Below are positions 1 through 10,736 of a stretch of 64,000 nucleotides of DNA, piece after piece. The DNA comes from an uncultured Verrucomicrobiae bacterium (GTDB taxonomy: Bacteria; Verrucomicrobiota; Verrucomicrobiia; Chthoniobacterales; UBA10450). How positions within the stretch are numbered: position 1 is the stretch's first letter; every line of letters starts with the position of its first letter. The notes under the pieces were generated by a model. That model was not told the origin of the DNA and did no database searches. It worked only from the letters and a program-made list of their open reading frames with translations. The stretch lies in assembly GCA_963735805.1 (NCBI GenBank), contig CAVTMK010000002.1:1216001-1280000 (forward strand). The letters are read 5' to 3'. A program made the position numbers and the translations under genes.

Positions 1-12
1 CAGATTATTGAG

Positions 13-1173
13 TCACATCCGGAGAGCGGCGCGAAGATGTGGGATCAGACGTTTGCTGAATTCAACAGAGTCGCTGGCGGATAAATGTGACCATTCGGGG
101 CATTTGAAACCTGCGAGGTCGGCAAAATCTTCATAGTAAATACCGGGCGCCCCGGTGTCCTTGATTACTCGATCCCAGATACCGACGCGCGGGGTCTCGC
201 GGTCCTCCAATTTCTTTAGGTCTCCGCTATATGGAAAACGAATGAAAACGATTTTGCCTCCGCGAGCCCGAAGCTTTTGTACGGCTGCGGCAACGTCCTT
301 GAAGCGCTGGTTAATTGCGTCCTCCATCGTTTTCGCAAATTCTTCTTTCGGAATGTAAGTCGGCGGTGGCGGAGGAGTGAAAAGCGGGATCCAGATTTGT
401 TGAATCATTCTCGCCAGTTTACTGCCCGGTCGGGCGCATTCGTCGATCATGCGCGCGCGACGTTCGCGATCCACAGTTCCGAAGTACGGCGGCAGTCGTG
501 GCGATACGAGGGCATAGGGACGATCGGGAATGGGCAGACGTTTTAGCAGACCATCGAGAGTCAATTCTTCCGGTTTTAGAAATGCGACATGTTCTTCCAG
601 CGGCACGTCGAGATATTGGCTTCCACGTTGCGCGAGTGTTTGAGTGTGAGATCGCCGAACGGCTTTTTCAGCGTGATCCATCGGCGGCGAGCCCGGCGGC
701 GCGATAAACAAACGGGGGACAACACTGCAAATGACGGTGCCGTGAAAATTCTTGTCATTGGCCAGATCGGCCAGGGCCGGGTAAGCACAACTGCCGCCCA
801 TTGCCAGCTGAACGGGACGTTTGCCTAATCCCTTTTGAAGTTCGTCGAGATCAAGATCGTATAAGCCGCGCGAATCGCCGATGATAACGACGGACTCGGG
901 TTTCACCCGCCGGCGAGCCGATGTCCAGAGATCCTCGTTATCGTGGAGCGTGGCACCGTAACCGATGGAGCGACAATAAATTTCCCATGCAGACGTGGCA
1001 GCAATGACGATCAGCACGACTGCTACCACGATGCCGCGCCAGGGCAATTGCGGGATCGGCCGCACATATTCGAGAGGTGGGCCGCCATGTATGCTTTCAA
1101 TTTCCGTCGGCTTCCTGAAGAACAACCGCGGCAGGCGAAGCCTGCGTTTAAAATTGGAAATAGATGAAGGCAT
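13..1173 (-). CDS. Membrane-anchored SGNH-like protein, probable partner of the upstream MBOAT
   Basis: N-terminal TM segment, IIGDSR motif and C-terminal EWSHL; overlaps MBOAT stop. Confidence 0.6.
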   Translation of the reverse strand: MPSSISNFKRRLRLPRLFFRKPTEIESIHGGPPLEYVRPIPQLPWRGIVVAVVLIVIAATSAWEIYCRSIGYGATLHDNEDLWTSARRRVKPESVVIIGDSRGLYDLDLDELQKGLGKRPVQLAMGGSCAYPALADLANDKNFHGTVICSVVPRLFIAPPGSPPMDHAEKAVRRSHTQTLAQRGSQYLDVPLEEHVAFLKPEELTLDGLLKRLPIPDRPYALVSPRLPPYFGTVDRERRARMIDECARPGSKLARMIQQIWIPLFTPPPPPTYIPKEEFAKTMEDAINQRFKDVAAAVQKLRARGGKIVFIRFPYSGDLKKLEDRETPRVGIWDRVIKDTGAPGIYYEDFADLAGFKCPEWSHLSASDSVEFSKRLIPHLRAALRM

Positions 1174-2569
1174 CGCTGTTTCCCTGAGTCAGGATGATGG
1201 CGCAGGCCATGAAGGCCCAACACGCTGTGATACTCCAGCGCGGCAAACGCATCACGGCCGTTTCGATGTTACTATCGCGCAGGGACCAGTGCACGAGAAT
1301 CATTCCGGCGGTGACGAGCGCGATCTGCAACATTTCACGCGTGGAAAGAATGGCGTCGCCGTGCGGATGTCCACCAAACATCCCGCCCAACATTCGCGCG
1401 GCGACCGTGAAGTCGGATGCTCGAAAAAATACCCATGCGATGCAAACGGCAGCGTAAGTGGCGAACCAGGCAAGGAGCCGAGTCGCGAGAGTGCCAGCCC
1501 ACGCTTTGTGTTCGAATAAGCCGCGCAGGACACGTTCCACAACGAGATAAGAACCATGAAGCAAACCCCATACTACAAAAGTCCAGGCCGCGCCGTGCCA
1601 GAGGCCACCGAGAAACATGACGATGACCAGATTTGTTCCGGCCCGGACGGGGCGGACCTGATTCCCGCCGAGGGGAATATAAAGGTAATCGCGCAGGAAT
1701 GTGGAAAGCGAGATATGCCAACGCCGCCAGAAATCGGAAAACCCAATGGCCGCGTACGGAAACCGGAAATTATCTTTCAGATGAAAACCAAGACACAGCG
1801 CGGCGCCGATGGCGCAGGTGGAGTAGCCCGCGAAATCAAAGAATATCTGGCCGGCGAATGCCATGACACCCAGCCAGGAATCCATAGCGATAAGGGGCCC
1901 AGCATAAGTAAAAATCCGATCGGCTGAACCGGAGAGCATCGTGTCGGCGAGTACAACTTTTTCGAATAAGCCGAGGGTCATAAGTAATAAGCCCCACAGA
2001 AACTGCCCTTCCCGCAAAGGCTGTGGCCTGACAAGTTGTGGAAGAAAATCGCCGGCACGCACAATTGGCCCGGCAACCAGTTGTGGAAAAAACGAAACGG
2101 CCAGAACGAAATCGCGCAGCGATTTGGTAGGCTTTAGGACGTCCCGATAAATGTCGAGCGTATACGAGAGGGAATGAAAGGTATAGAAGGAGATGCCCAC
2201 GGGTAGAAGAATGTCGAGGTGAGGTGGCTGATAAATGATGCCAACGCGAGCGAGCAGCCACTGAAAGTTTTGCAGCAGGAAGTTCCCGTATTTGAAGAAT
2301 CCCAGCATGCTCAGGTTCATGCAGACGCTGGCAACCAACCACGCGCGACGCGAACGTCGTCCTTTTGCCCTGCTCATTTGTCTGCCGAGCCAAAAATCCA
2401 TTGCCGTGGTGGAAAAGAGCAGCGCCGCGAAGGGCGGATTCCACGCGCCATAAAAGATGTAGCTAGCGATTACGAGAAGATTCTTCCGCGCATTCCAGGA
2501 GCGAATGCTCCAATAGGCGACGACGACGATTACAAAAAAAACAACGAAGGTGAGCGAATTGAAAAGCAT
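1148..2569 (-). CDS. MBOAT family O-acyltransferase (AlgI/DltB-like)
   Basis: MLFNS start, LPVGISFYTF, FFPQLVAGPIVR, FWRRWHISLS, GLWHGA, ends FIYFQF. Confidence 0.92.
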   Translation of the reverse strand: MLFNSLTFVVFFVIVVVAYWSIRSWNARKNLLVIASYIFYGAWNPPFAALLFSTTAMDFWLGRQMSRAKGRRSRRAWLVASVCMNLSMLGFFKYGNFLLQNFQWLLARVGIIYQPPHLDILLPVGISFYTFHSLSYTLDIYRDVLKPTKSLRDFVLAVSFFPQLVAGPIVRAGDFLPQLVRPQPLREGQFLWGLLLMTLGLFEKVVLADTMLSGSADRIFTYAGPLIAMDSWLGVMAFAGQIFFDFAGYSTCAIGAALCLGFHLKDNFRFPYAAIGFSDFWRRWHISLSTFLRDYLYIPLGGNQVRPVRAGTNLVIVMFLGGLWHGAAWTFVVWGLLHGSYLVVERVLRGLFEHKAWAGTLATRLLAWFATYAAVCIAWVFFRASDFTVAARMLGGMFGGHPHGDAILSTREMLQIALVTAGMILVHWSLRDSNIETAVMRLPRWSITACWAFMACAIILTQGNSDAFIYFQF

Positions 2570-2776
2570 GACGGGCGCGCGATCTGCTTATTCAAGAGCC
2601 ATGTTCATTGCGAGCACATTTTGCCGAATCTCAAGATTGCATTCTCATTTCCGCTGCAGTCGGACGCCCGCGAAAAGGTTGGGAAATTTCTCGGGGCTAC
2701 TTGGGAGGTAGCGTGACCGCAACCAGTAGAACTGCGTTTACGTCATCCGATGTCCCTGGCGGACCCGCAACTGCCG

Positions 2777-3514
2777 TCAGTGTCGCCGTCGCTTGGACGC
2801 AGGATTGTCTGGATCGTATTCGTACAGCCGCGACGGATCACCGAAGACCGCGCCCAGCACGCGTTCGGGCCATATCTCAAAGTAGCTCAACACCACCGCC
2901 ATCAATGGAACCAGAATGAAATAGAGACCGTGAGCCGCCATTATAAACATCGCCATGGCGCGCAGTATCAAAAGATATACATCCCAGCGCACCCTCTGTT
3001 TCAGTTCTTGCTCGGGCATCGCATCATAGCCTGATTGGAACGCTTTCCAGAAATGACTGGCGGCGAGCGAGCCGAAAGTGAACCAGAGCGCCGGGGATTG
3101 AATTAGCTGGCGGCGGAGGTCGTTGCCGAGCAGCAGATCGTGGAGCGGAATCAAAACGATCCAGTAGGGGAGAGCGACGATGCCAACGAGGAAAATCCAT
3201 GTGACTACTCCTCGCACGACGTTCACCGCGACTGACATCACTCCGGCCGATTTTGGTTCTGTCTCGCGCAGTGCGCGCGGGATCAGCGCGGCGACGATTG
3301 CTGCCAGCGCAGTCAGCCCATCGAACCAGTAGTTAAACACGCTGAGCGCGGCGGACCAGCCAAAGAAGTAGATTCCGATTACCGGAATCATATTGCGCGC
3401 GATTATGAGCCATGCGCCGGGCCGCGATGCGAGTTCGCGCAGATGTTGCGAGAGCGGCGGCGGCGCGATCTGCCGCACTGCGGTCGGCTTGCTCTTTTCC
3501 TGAGGCTTTGCCAT
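2777..3514 (-). CDS. Hypothetical membrane protein
   Basis: 245 aa with several hydrophobic segments. Confidence 0.7.
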   Translation of the reverse strand: MAKPQEKSKPTAVRQIAPPPLSQHLRELASRPGAWLIIARNMIPVIGIYFFGWSAALSVFNYWFDGLTALAAIVAALIPRALRETEPKSAGVMSVAVNVVRGVVTWIFLVGIVALPYWIVLIPLHDLLLGNDLRRQLIQSPALWFTFGSLAASHFWKAFQSGYDAMPEQELKQRVRWDVYLLILRAMAMFIMAAHGLYFILVPLMAVVLSYFEIWPERVLGAVFGDPSRLYEYDPDNPASKRRRH

Positions 3515-3791
3515 CGCGGTAGATTAACAAAGGGATGCCGACGGAATCCACACCTTCAGTAAGCCATCGTGATGATCCCCTGATTTTCTCAACCCGCGAT
3601 TAAAGCGGCATCACGCCGAGCGATGAGTGCCTTTCCCGTCATGCCACCAGCGTCGCAGAGGGCAATTCGCCAAAGAAATTGCGAAAGGCTAACCGCCCCC
3701 GGTGTCGGGCCCGTTCCGAGAAACGCAGCTTCGATAAACGCTATATCAACGGAAATGCGAACTTGGCCAATGCGAGCGCTCCTTATAAAAC

Positions 3792-4592
3792 ATGATCTTC
3801 ACGATGATTGACGAATTCCTGGTTCGTATTTTCACAAGTGAATTGCGCGTTATTCTTATCGTGTCACTGCTTCTGCTGGCCCTGGCAGAAGCGGGTTTTC
3901 GGGTGGCTCAACTGCGGCATCGTGAGACGACTCAAGGGCACAAAAATCAGGTAACAGGAATCCAGACTGCGGTTCTCGGACTGCTGGCTCTGCTTTTGGG
4001 TTTCACTTTCGTGATGGCGCTCGGGCGCTATGATTCGCGGCGCAACCTGGTCCTTCAGGAGGCGAACGCGATCGGCACCACTTATCTACGCGCCTCGTTT
4101 CTGCCAGAGACGCACAGGAATGCGGTGGAAGATTTACTTCGGCGCTACATCGACGCGCGAATTCCGTTGTACGATCGCGGCACCACCTCGGCAAAATTAA
4201 GATCGCTCGAGGAGCAGTCCTCGAATTTGCAACACGAGCTGTGGGAACATTTGGTTGCTGCGGCCAAAGAGTCTCCTTCTCCGGTCACTGCGACCTTCAT
4301 CGGTGCGCTGAACCAGATGATTGACCTGGACGCGTCCCGTCTCCATGCTCTGCGCTCGCATGTGCCTGGCGCAGCGTGGTTGCTGGTGCTCATCGTCTCG
4401 GGAGTTGGTTGTTATGTCAGTGGTTACGCTGCCGGCATCAGCAAAGCGAGGAGCGCTTTCCCCATCGTTCTTCTACCTCTTTTGGTGGCTGTAGTTGTTA
4501 CCCTGATCTCGGACCTCGACGCACCACGACAGGGGCTTATTGGCATCAGCAAACAACCACTTATCGATTTGAAACAATCATTTGAGAGATAA
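3792..4592 (+). CDS. Membrane protein, DUF4239/bestrophin-like
   Basis: LLLGFTF..A..RYD.RR..V..EANAIGT and DLD.PR.GLI motifs; start may be 3804. Confidence 0.75.
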   Translation: MIFTMIDEFLVRIFTSELRVILIVSLLLLALAEAGFRVAQLRHRETTQGHKNQVTGIQTAVLGLLALLLGFTFVMALGRYDSRRNLVLQEANAIGTTYLRASFLPETHRNAVEDLLRRYIDARIPLYDRGTTSAKLRSLEEQSSNLQHELWEHLVAAAKESPSPVTATFIGALNQMIDLDASRLHALRSHVPGAAWLLVLIVSGVGCYVSGYAAGISKARSAFPIVLLPLLVAVVVTLISDLDAPRQGLIGISKQPLIDLKQSFER

Positions 4593-4739
4593 TCAGGGTA
4601 GCTTTGAAGCGGCATTGAGGCGATCACGTTGCCGGCACTTCCAAGATGGGTGGACGCGTGAAACGATATCCACTGTGAGACTCGGGTTCCGATGCCGACA
4701 AATCTGGATTCAACAATAAAGTTCGCGTACTGACGAGCA

Positions 4740-5417
4740 ATGACACCGCCACAACTCGTGCCTGCGCCGAAGGTCGACAGTCGATCTGACAACGAGTTAC
4801 TCAGGCGAGCGCAGGAATTTTATGAAATGATGCAACGCCGTCGCACGTTCCGCGATTTTTCTGATCGCCCGGTGTCACGCGAAGTAATTGAGTCCTGCCT
4901 TGGCGCAGCCGGCACAGCGCCGAGCGGCGCGAATTTGCAGCCATGGCATTTCGTGGCCGTGAGCGATCCGGCGGTGAAACATGAGATTCGTATCGCTGCG
5001 GAGAAGGAAGAGGAGGAATTTTACGCCCATCGCGCGCCTAAAGCATGGCTGGAAGCGCTCGCACCGCTGGGCACCGATTCGAACAAGCCGTTTCTGGAGA
5101 TCGCACCGTGGCTTATCGCTGTCTTCGCTCAACCGTTTCGGATTCTCGCAGACGGAAGGCGATCGCCAACGTATTACGCAATCGAATCGGTCGGCATTGC
5201 GACCGGCATACTCGTGACGGCGGTGCATTCGTGTGGATTGGTTTCACTAACCCATACACCAAGTCCGATGGTTTTTTTGAATCGGATTCTCGGACGACCA
5301 TCGCACGAGAAACCTTTTGTGCTTCTTGTGGTTGGCCATCCCGCAAATAATGCGCTGGTCCCTGATATCGGCCGCAAACCGGTTGCGGATATCAGCTCGT
5401 TTCTGACCGGGCGTTAA
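4740..5417 (+). CDS. Nitroreductase family protein (iodotyrosine deiodinase-like)
   Basis: RRTFRDFS, AGTAPSGANLQPWHF, LTHTPSPM motifs. Confidence 0.88.
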   Translation: MTPPQLVPAPKVDSRSDNELLRRAQEFYEMMQRRRTFRDFSDRPVSREVIESCLGAAGTAPSGANLQPWHFVAVSDPAVKHEIRIAAEKEEEEFYAHRAPKAWLEALAPLGTDSNKPFLEIAPWLIAVFAQPFRILADGRRSPTYYAIESVGIATGILVTAVHSCGLVSLTHTPSPMVFLNRILGRPSHEKPFVLLVVGHPANNALVPDIGRKPVADISSFLTGR

Positions 5418-5461
5418 TTCAAAAGATCGAACGAGATGCTTTAATCGATCAAACAGGAAGC

Positions 5462-6445
5462 ATGACTAGCGGCAATGGCATAAAACGAACGTCGTGGTTT
5501 GCATTGTACGCGTTCGTGTTCTCGCTCTCAGCGGTACGTTCTACGCCGGAACTTACGTTGGATGACTTGAGGAAACTGGAGATCATTTGCTTTGTTCCTT
5601 CGTATCTGCCCGAAGGTCTTCGATTGCAGCGCGTCGACATCACCTACGACGACGTGCCCGAGGAGTCTGGCGACGTGAAGCATCAGTTCCCGCTTTACTC
5701 AATTGCTTACAGCAACGGTCCGCAGAGCGGAGCGACATTCTCGATCGAGTCGGCGCGTGAAGGCATAGGCGACCGAAACATCATGGCAGACGAGCAGAAT
5801 GCCGAAGAGACCGAGATCGAATCGCCTTTGGGACCGATGTATCTAATCTATCGCCCAAAAGGGAAGAGCGGCCGCAAAGATGAGATCATCGCGAACTGGG
5901 TGAGCGACGTAAACATGAATGCCGAACAAGAAAAGGGTGTGCAAAATCACCCTGTTCTTGGCAGATTTCATGGATTTTCCGCGACCGGGATTACGCTTGG
6001 GGATTTCGTGAAGATTGTTCAATCACTTCAGCCCATCCGGGACGAGCAGGCCGCCAAGTCAGCAACACCACAAAAGTTCGCGCTCAAGATTCATCCGAAA
6101 GTTTTCAGCATGATTAATTGCTGGATCTCGGATTCGGAGAGTCCGGTGGTGACAGAAATCAGCCTGGACGCAGTAGAGAAAAACGGGAACGAATTTAACG
6201 AGGATGGACTAAAGCAAGACGGCGAGTGGCTACAATGTCCAGTGCCGGATACCAAGGGATTCATGCGCTACCGTATGCTTGAGTCCAAAGGTAATCATCA
6301 CAAGGTCGAGTATCAGGAGAACGGAGGTGGCACCCTCACGACGGCATCCAACATCGAGTTCGAAATTGAAAAACGAAACATTTACCGTGACGGCAAGCCG
6401 GTGACGATCCGCGTGCTTCGAGTCTTATCTTACAATCAGAAATAA
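5462..6445 (+). CDS. Hypothetical exported protein
   Basis: 327 aa ORF with signal-like N-terminus. Confidence 0.65.
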   Translation: MTSGNGIKRTSWFALYAFVFSLSAVRSTPELTLDDLRKLEIICFVPSYLPEGLRLQRVDITYDDVPEESGDVKHQFPLYSIAYSNGPQSGATFSIESAREGIGDRNIMADEQNAEETEIESPLGPMYLIYRPKGKSGRKDEIIANWVSDVNMNAEQEKGVQNHPVLGRFHGFSATGITLGDFVKIVQSLQPIRDEQAAKSATPQKFALKIHPKVFSMINCWISDSESPVVTEISLDAVEKNGNEFNEDGLKQDGEWLQCPVPDTKGFMRYRMLESKGNHHKVEYQENGGGTLTTASNIEFEIEKRNIYRDGKPVTIRVLRVLSYNQK

Positions 6446-6487
6446 ACAGTCGGCGTGATATCTTCGCTTGAAGCAGTGTCGCCTTAA

Positions 6488-6955
6488 TCAACGCGAAACG
6501 AGAAGGTAGGCTAGACCGATCGCCACCAGATCTTCGCAGATTGCGACGAAAAAGTCCTTGATATGCAGATTACGTACCGAGCGCTTCCGGATTTCGTACC
6601 CGGCGAACGCTCCGATCAAGCCGCCTATCCCACCTAAAAGCGCACCAGCTAATAACGATTGACCTGCTGCCGCGCAGAGAGTCGCGCCGCAGAGACCTCC
6701 AGTCACAATGCGCGCCAATAAGGGCGGAAGCGCAGTCCGTTTCGGAGTCTGTGGCATTTTGTCGCCAACCAATTCGCCGACTGCGAGCACGGTGAATATC
6801 GCGACCGCCGCTGTTGATCCCATAAATGCAAGCGGCGAACCCTGCAGATTCAACCAGCCAAGATGCGCAGCCCAGGCAACCATCGCGGGCGCCAGCAAGG
6901 CTCGCAGTCCAGCGACAATTCCGATTCCTATTGCGAGAACGAAGACGTAGGTCAT
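6488..6955 (-). CDS. DUF4126-like membrane protein
   Basis: GIVAGLRA, GELVGDK.P.TP.RT motifs; start chosen at MTYVF. Confidence 0.75.
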   Translation of the reverse strand: MTYVFVLAIGIGIVAGLRALLAPAMVAWAAHLGWLNLQGSPLAFMGSTAAVAIFTVLAVGELVGDKMPQTPKRTALPPLLARIVTGGLCGATLCAAAGQSLLAGALLGGIGGLIGAFAGYEIRKRSVRNLHIKDFFVAICEDLVAIGLAYLLVSR

Positions 6956-7014
6956 GAATGATTCTTTTTCAAAACAAGAACGATTGCGAGTCTGTTCTGG
7001 CGACGAATTCGGGG

Positions 7015-7392
7015 CTATCGGATTTGCGCCGGATTGTACGGCTGCCAGTTGCCTTCGATCTTTTCCAGCCATTCAATCTTGCTAGACCGCCGATCGACCC
7101 GATAACGGTCAACCACTGGATTAGTGTCGGGGTCTCCACCGCATTTGGCGTTGTGATTTTCTCGGAGAACAAACTGAAAATAAGCATGAGTTGTTTCCTC
7201 TGTGCCGTAGGTAACACAATTCAATGAGATTCGGTGCGTATAAACAGCGTTGTGCCTAAGGGTGTGTTCGAGTAAAGCAAGCGCGGCATCTTCATCGAGC
7301 GGACCTGAGTGCGGACCAGCGCGGGCGACGCTCGCGGAAACCAGAACGACTGTGATAAGGGCAGCCGTTACAAATCGGGAAATGGAATTCAT
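7015..7392 (-). CDS. Hypothetical secreted protein
   Basis: Signal peptide from MNSISRF; LRENH..KCGGDP.T.PVVDRYRV. Confidence 0.65.
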   Translation of the reverse strand: MNSISRFVTAALITVVLVSASVARAGPHSGPLDEDAALALLEHTLRHNAVYTHRISLNCVTYGTEETTHAYFQFVLRENHNAKCGGDPDTNPVVDRYRVDRRSSKIEWLEKIEGNWQPYNPAQIR

Positions 7393-7536
7393 CGGCCTAA
7401 CGAGGCGTCTCGAGCAAAGGTCAGTCGGACTCGAACTTCGGTTTTTCGGCGGAAATCGACATAGCAACCAAAAGCAGAAAACAGATCGTCCGTCTGTTTC
7501 TCATAGGACGAACAGAACAGGGGCGGGGGAAGGACG

Positions 7537-9489
7537 TTACTGCAAATATTTGTCGAACCATCCGACGGTTCGCTCCAATCGATCGACTTGATGCTCGGGT
7601 TTGATGAACATATGACCTTCGCCGGAATAAATAATGAGCTGCGTCGGCACGCCAAGCGTCTTCAAAGCGTGCCAGAATTCGTAAGACTGTGACGCCGGGC
7701 ATTCGGCGTCCCGCTCGCCCACAATTACGAGCGTTGGTGTCTTCACGTTCTTAATGGAGTGAATGGGCGAACTTTTCTCGTACACGACGGGATCATCGTA
7801 AACCGATGCACCAAAGAACGGGATCATCCATTGGTCGATCAAGTTCTGACCATAATAACTTTGCCAATTGGCAATGCCTGCCCCGGCGACTGCCGCATGA
7901 AAACGATTGGTCTGTGTGACAGTCCACATCGTCATGTAGCCGCCGTAACTCCAGCCAGTCACACCAAGGCGTGTCGAATCGATTGGGTATTTTTTTATCG
8001 CGGCATCGATTCCGGCGAGAATGTCATGAAGGTCGCCGTGTCCGAAATCCTTCACGTTAGCTTGGGTGAATTCCTCTCCCTGACCGTAACTTCCGCGTGG
8101 GTTCGGCATCAGCACGTAGTAACCGCGTGTCGACAGAGCGGCGATGATCGCCCGAGACATTCCGAAGCCTGCAGGCCAATCTGGAGTTGCAGCGCTTGAA
8201 GGTCCACCATGGATGAGAACAACCATGGGGTGTTTTTTCCCCGATTCCATTTTTGCCGGTGATAAAAGCCAGCCCTGCATGTTGAGGCCTTCATTGGTCC
8301 ATTCAAGATTTTCGGCTTTGCCCCAGCTCGGGGATAGTCCGGCGTTATTATTCGTTAGCTGGCGCCATTGCCCCATCGGGCCGACCCAAATCTCCGGCGG
8401 TGTATCAAATGTACTGCGTTCTGCGGCTGCGACTTTGCCGTCCTTTGAAACGGCAAAGTCAGGGAAATTACCGAAGGCATGAAGGGCTTCCACGCCTTTC
8501 CAAATTGTTCGCACCGAGTTGTTGCCCAGCGTCAATTCAGAGATCGCACCTCCACCACCGACGATCTCTGTGAATAGGATTTGGTCGGGCGTAAGCCAAA
8601 AAAGCGAACTCACGGAGCTTTTGCGACCTCGGGTGCGGTTCATAACATTTTTGCCGTCAGCGGAGATTGTGAAGAGATCACCGCCGTGAAATCCTTCGTC
8701 GCTCATCAAGCCTTCGATGAAGGCAACCGACTTGCCGTCGGGCGACCAACGCGGAACCGCGATTTGAAACGACGGTTTGTAGATCGATGTGGCGTTACCC
8801 GTTTCGGCTTCGATTGTGTAAATCTGCGCAATCCACCAATTGTTATCGCCCGGTCCCGGGGCCGCTGTTACCACGAACATTTTGTCGTCTGGCGACCAAT
8901 CGAAATCGTAAATGTGCAGATTTTCGGGAGAAACCTGACGCAACTGCCCGGTAGTCACATCGAGAACAGCGATCCGCTGATTGTGAACGGCAGTGTCGAT
9001 CACGCCCGTGTTGGCGGGCGCGGCCATTAGTGGGCCGCCGCCACCCGCGCCTTCAATATAGAGAAAGGCAATCTGTTTTCCGTCGTACGACCAACGCGGT
9101 CGCGCGGCGTAGCCTTTTAAATCAGTAATTCTTTTAGGCTCGGAACCATCGGCTTTCACCGTCCAGAGCTGTCTCTGTTCTCCCTTACTGGTACTGGAAA
9201 AAACTGCCAGTGTCTTGGAATCGGGAGACCAGGCGGGATCGAAATCGGCTCTTTCCCCATTAATCGGAATTTTAACCAATGCCGCCGATCCGTTTCCTGA
9301 TGTTTCGCAGACGTAAGTTTGCTTCGATGTTGATGCGGCAGTTGATTGCACCCACGCGACGTGTGTGCCGTCAGGAGAAAGTGCGACGTCGCCGTACAAA
9401 ACAGTCTTACCCAACTGTTCGGTCAGCTGCTGCATAGTCTGGGCTGTTAACGTCATCGGAAAGAAACAGGCCAGGAAAAGATGCTTCAT
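7537..9489 (-). CDS. S9 family peptidase with TolB-like beta-propeller
   Basis: WSPD repeats, IHGGP, GWSYGG nucleophile, GERD and EGH catalytic motifs. Confidence 0.92.
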   Translation of the reverse strand: MKHLFLACFFPMTLTAQTMQQLTEQLGKTVLYGDVALSPDGTHVAWVQSTAASTSKQTYVCETSGNGSAALVKIPINGERADFDPAWSPDSKTLAVFSSTSKGEQRQLWTVKADGSEPKRITDLKGYAARPRWSYDGKQIAFLYIEGAGGGGPLMAAPANTGVIDTAVHNQRIAVLDVTTGQLRQVSPENLHIYDFDWSPDDKMFVVTAAPGPGDNNWWIAQIYTIEAETGNATSIYKPSFQIAVPRWSPDGKSVAFIEGLMSDEGFHGGDLFTISADGKNVMNRTRGRKSSVSSLFWLTPDQILFTEIVGGGGAISELTLGNNSVRTIWKGVEALHAFGNFPDFAVSKDGKVAAAERSTFDTPPEIWVGPMGQWRQLTNNNAGLSPSWGKAENLEWTNEGLNMQGWLLSPAKMESGKKHPMVVLIHGGPSSAATPDWPAGFGMSRAIIAALSTRGYYVLMPNPRGSYGQGEEFTQANVKDFGHGDLHDILAGIDAAIKKYPIDSTRLGVTGWSYGGYMTMWTVTQTNRFHAAVAGAGIANWQSYYGQNLIDQWMIPFFGASVYDDPVVYEKSSPIHSIKNVKTPTLVIVGERDAECPASQSYEFWHALKTLGVPTQLIIYSGEGHMFIKPEHQVDRLERTVGWFDKYLQ

Positions 9490-9630
9490 TCAGTGATCCT
9501 GACAAAGGTCGATTAGAGCGGCAAGATCATCTGGTCTTGTTTGGCGATTCGCCGAGGCTGAGGCGTCAAGAGGGAAAGAGGATCACCCTTTACGAGTAGC
9601 GGCGTATCATTCATCACGTAGCTTCGACAG

Positions 9631-10098
9631 ATGGCTCGGATCCGAATCCGTTTGGCGAAGTCAACCGATTGTGATGCGCTGGCCGAGTTGCGCTATCAAT
9701 TTCGCGCTGAGGCCGGATCGGCAACGGAACCCAAATCGCGGTTTCTGGGCAGATGCACATCATGGATGAAAAAACGTTTTCGCTCCGGCTCTCCGTGGCG
9801 TTGCTGGGTTATTGACGATGGAAAAAGATTGCTCGGCCATGTTTGCGTTCAGTTGTTTGAGAAAATTCCTAACCCAGTTAACGACGAACCCGAGCTTCAT
9901 GGTTACGTAACGAACTTTTACGTCGTCCCGGAAATGCGGAATCACGGGCTCGGCGAAAGATTGTTAAACAAAGCGTTATCGTGGTGCAGTGCTCAAATTA
10001 CCGACGCGGTTATTCTGTGGCCGACTCCCGCCAGCAAATCGCTTTATCGTCGGTACGGCTTTGTCGAGCCGAGGGACATTTTCAAACTGCAACATTAG
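9631..10098 (+). CDS. GNAT N-acetyltransferase
   Basis: YVVPEMRNHGLG..LL and LYRRYGF. Confidence 0.85.
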   Translation: MARIRIRLAKSTDCDALAELRYQFRAEAGSATEPKSRFLGRCTSWMKKRFRSGSPWRCWVIDDGKRLLGHVCVQLFEKIPNPVNDEPELHGYVTNFYVVPEMRNHGLGERLLNKALSWCSAQITDAVILWPTPASKSLYRRYGFVEPRDIFKLQH

Positions 10099-10105
10099 GC
10101 AAACT

Positions 10106-10633
10106 TTAAGTGCGAAGCGCCTTGGTGAAGCGAATCAGTTCGTCGGCGACCTGTTTGATTCGTTCGGTGATCTTTTTGTCGTTGATGTGCTCGCCGTCAA
10201 AAGCATGGGATGTGGCAAACGCGAAACGCGGAATAATGACGCAACGAAAATCGAGCATGAGGCTGTTCGCGTACGCCATCACCGACATATAACTCGCGTG
10301 GCCTCCAGCCGCGCAAAGGAAGCCGACAATCTTGTCTTGCCAGACGCTTCCAGTCAGCTCGATCATGTTCTTGGTCGCTGCGGCCACATCGTAATTATAA
10401 ACCGGTGCGGCGATGAGGACGCCATCGGCGTGTTCAATGGCTGCGCTCAATTTTTTTGAACCAGGCATTCCATAGCATTTGTCTGCATCGCAGAGTGGGA
10501 GATTCATCTCACGGATATCGATCCAATCGCAATCGACTTCCTTTTTTTTCATATGCGCAAGCGCGGCGCGCCCCATCCGACGACTGTTGCTGTCGGGATT
10601 ACCGCTTGTGCTGATCACCAGATGCTTCGGCAC
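10106..10633 (-). CDS. NADPH-dependent FMN reductase
   Basis: S..S.SR N-terminal loop, ADGVLIAAPVYN. Confidence 0.85.
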   Translation of the reverse strand: MPKHLVISTSGNPDSNSRRMGRAALAHMKKKEVDCDWIDIREMNLPLCDADKCYGMPGSKKLSAAIEHADGVLIAAPVYNYDVAAATKNMIELTGSVWQDKIVGFLCAAGGHASYMSVMAYANSLMLDFRCVIIPRFAFATSHAFDGEHINDKKITERIKQVADELIRFTKALRT

Positions 10634-10736
10634 AAGGCAATCGTAGAAGCAAACGCCGAACGCTCAACTTCGAAGTCCAACTGGAATTCGGAGAATCATG
10701 GTCTCTGTTATCCGGAAGCGGCCTGCCAGGAGCGCG

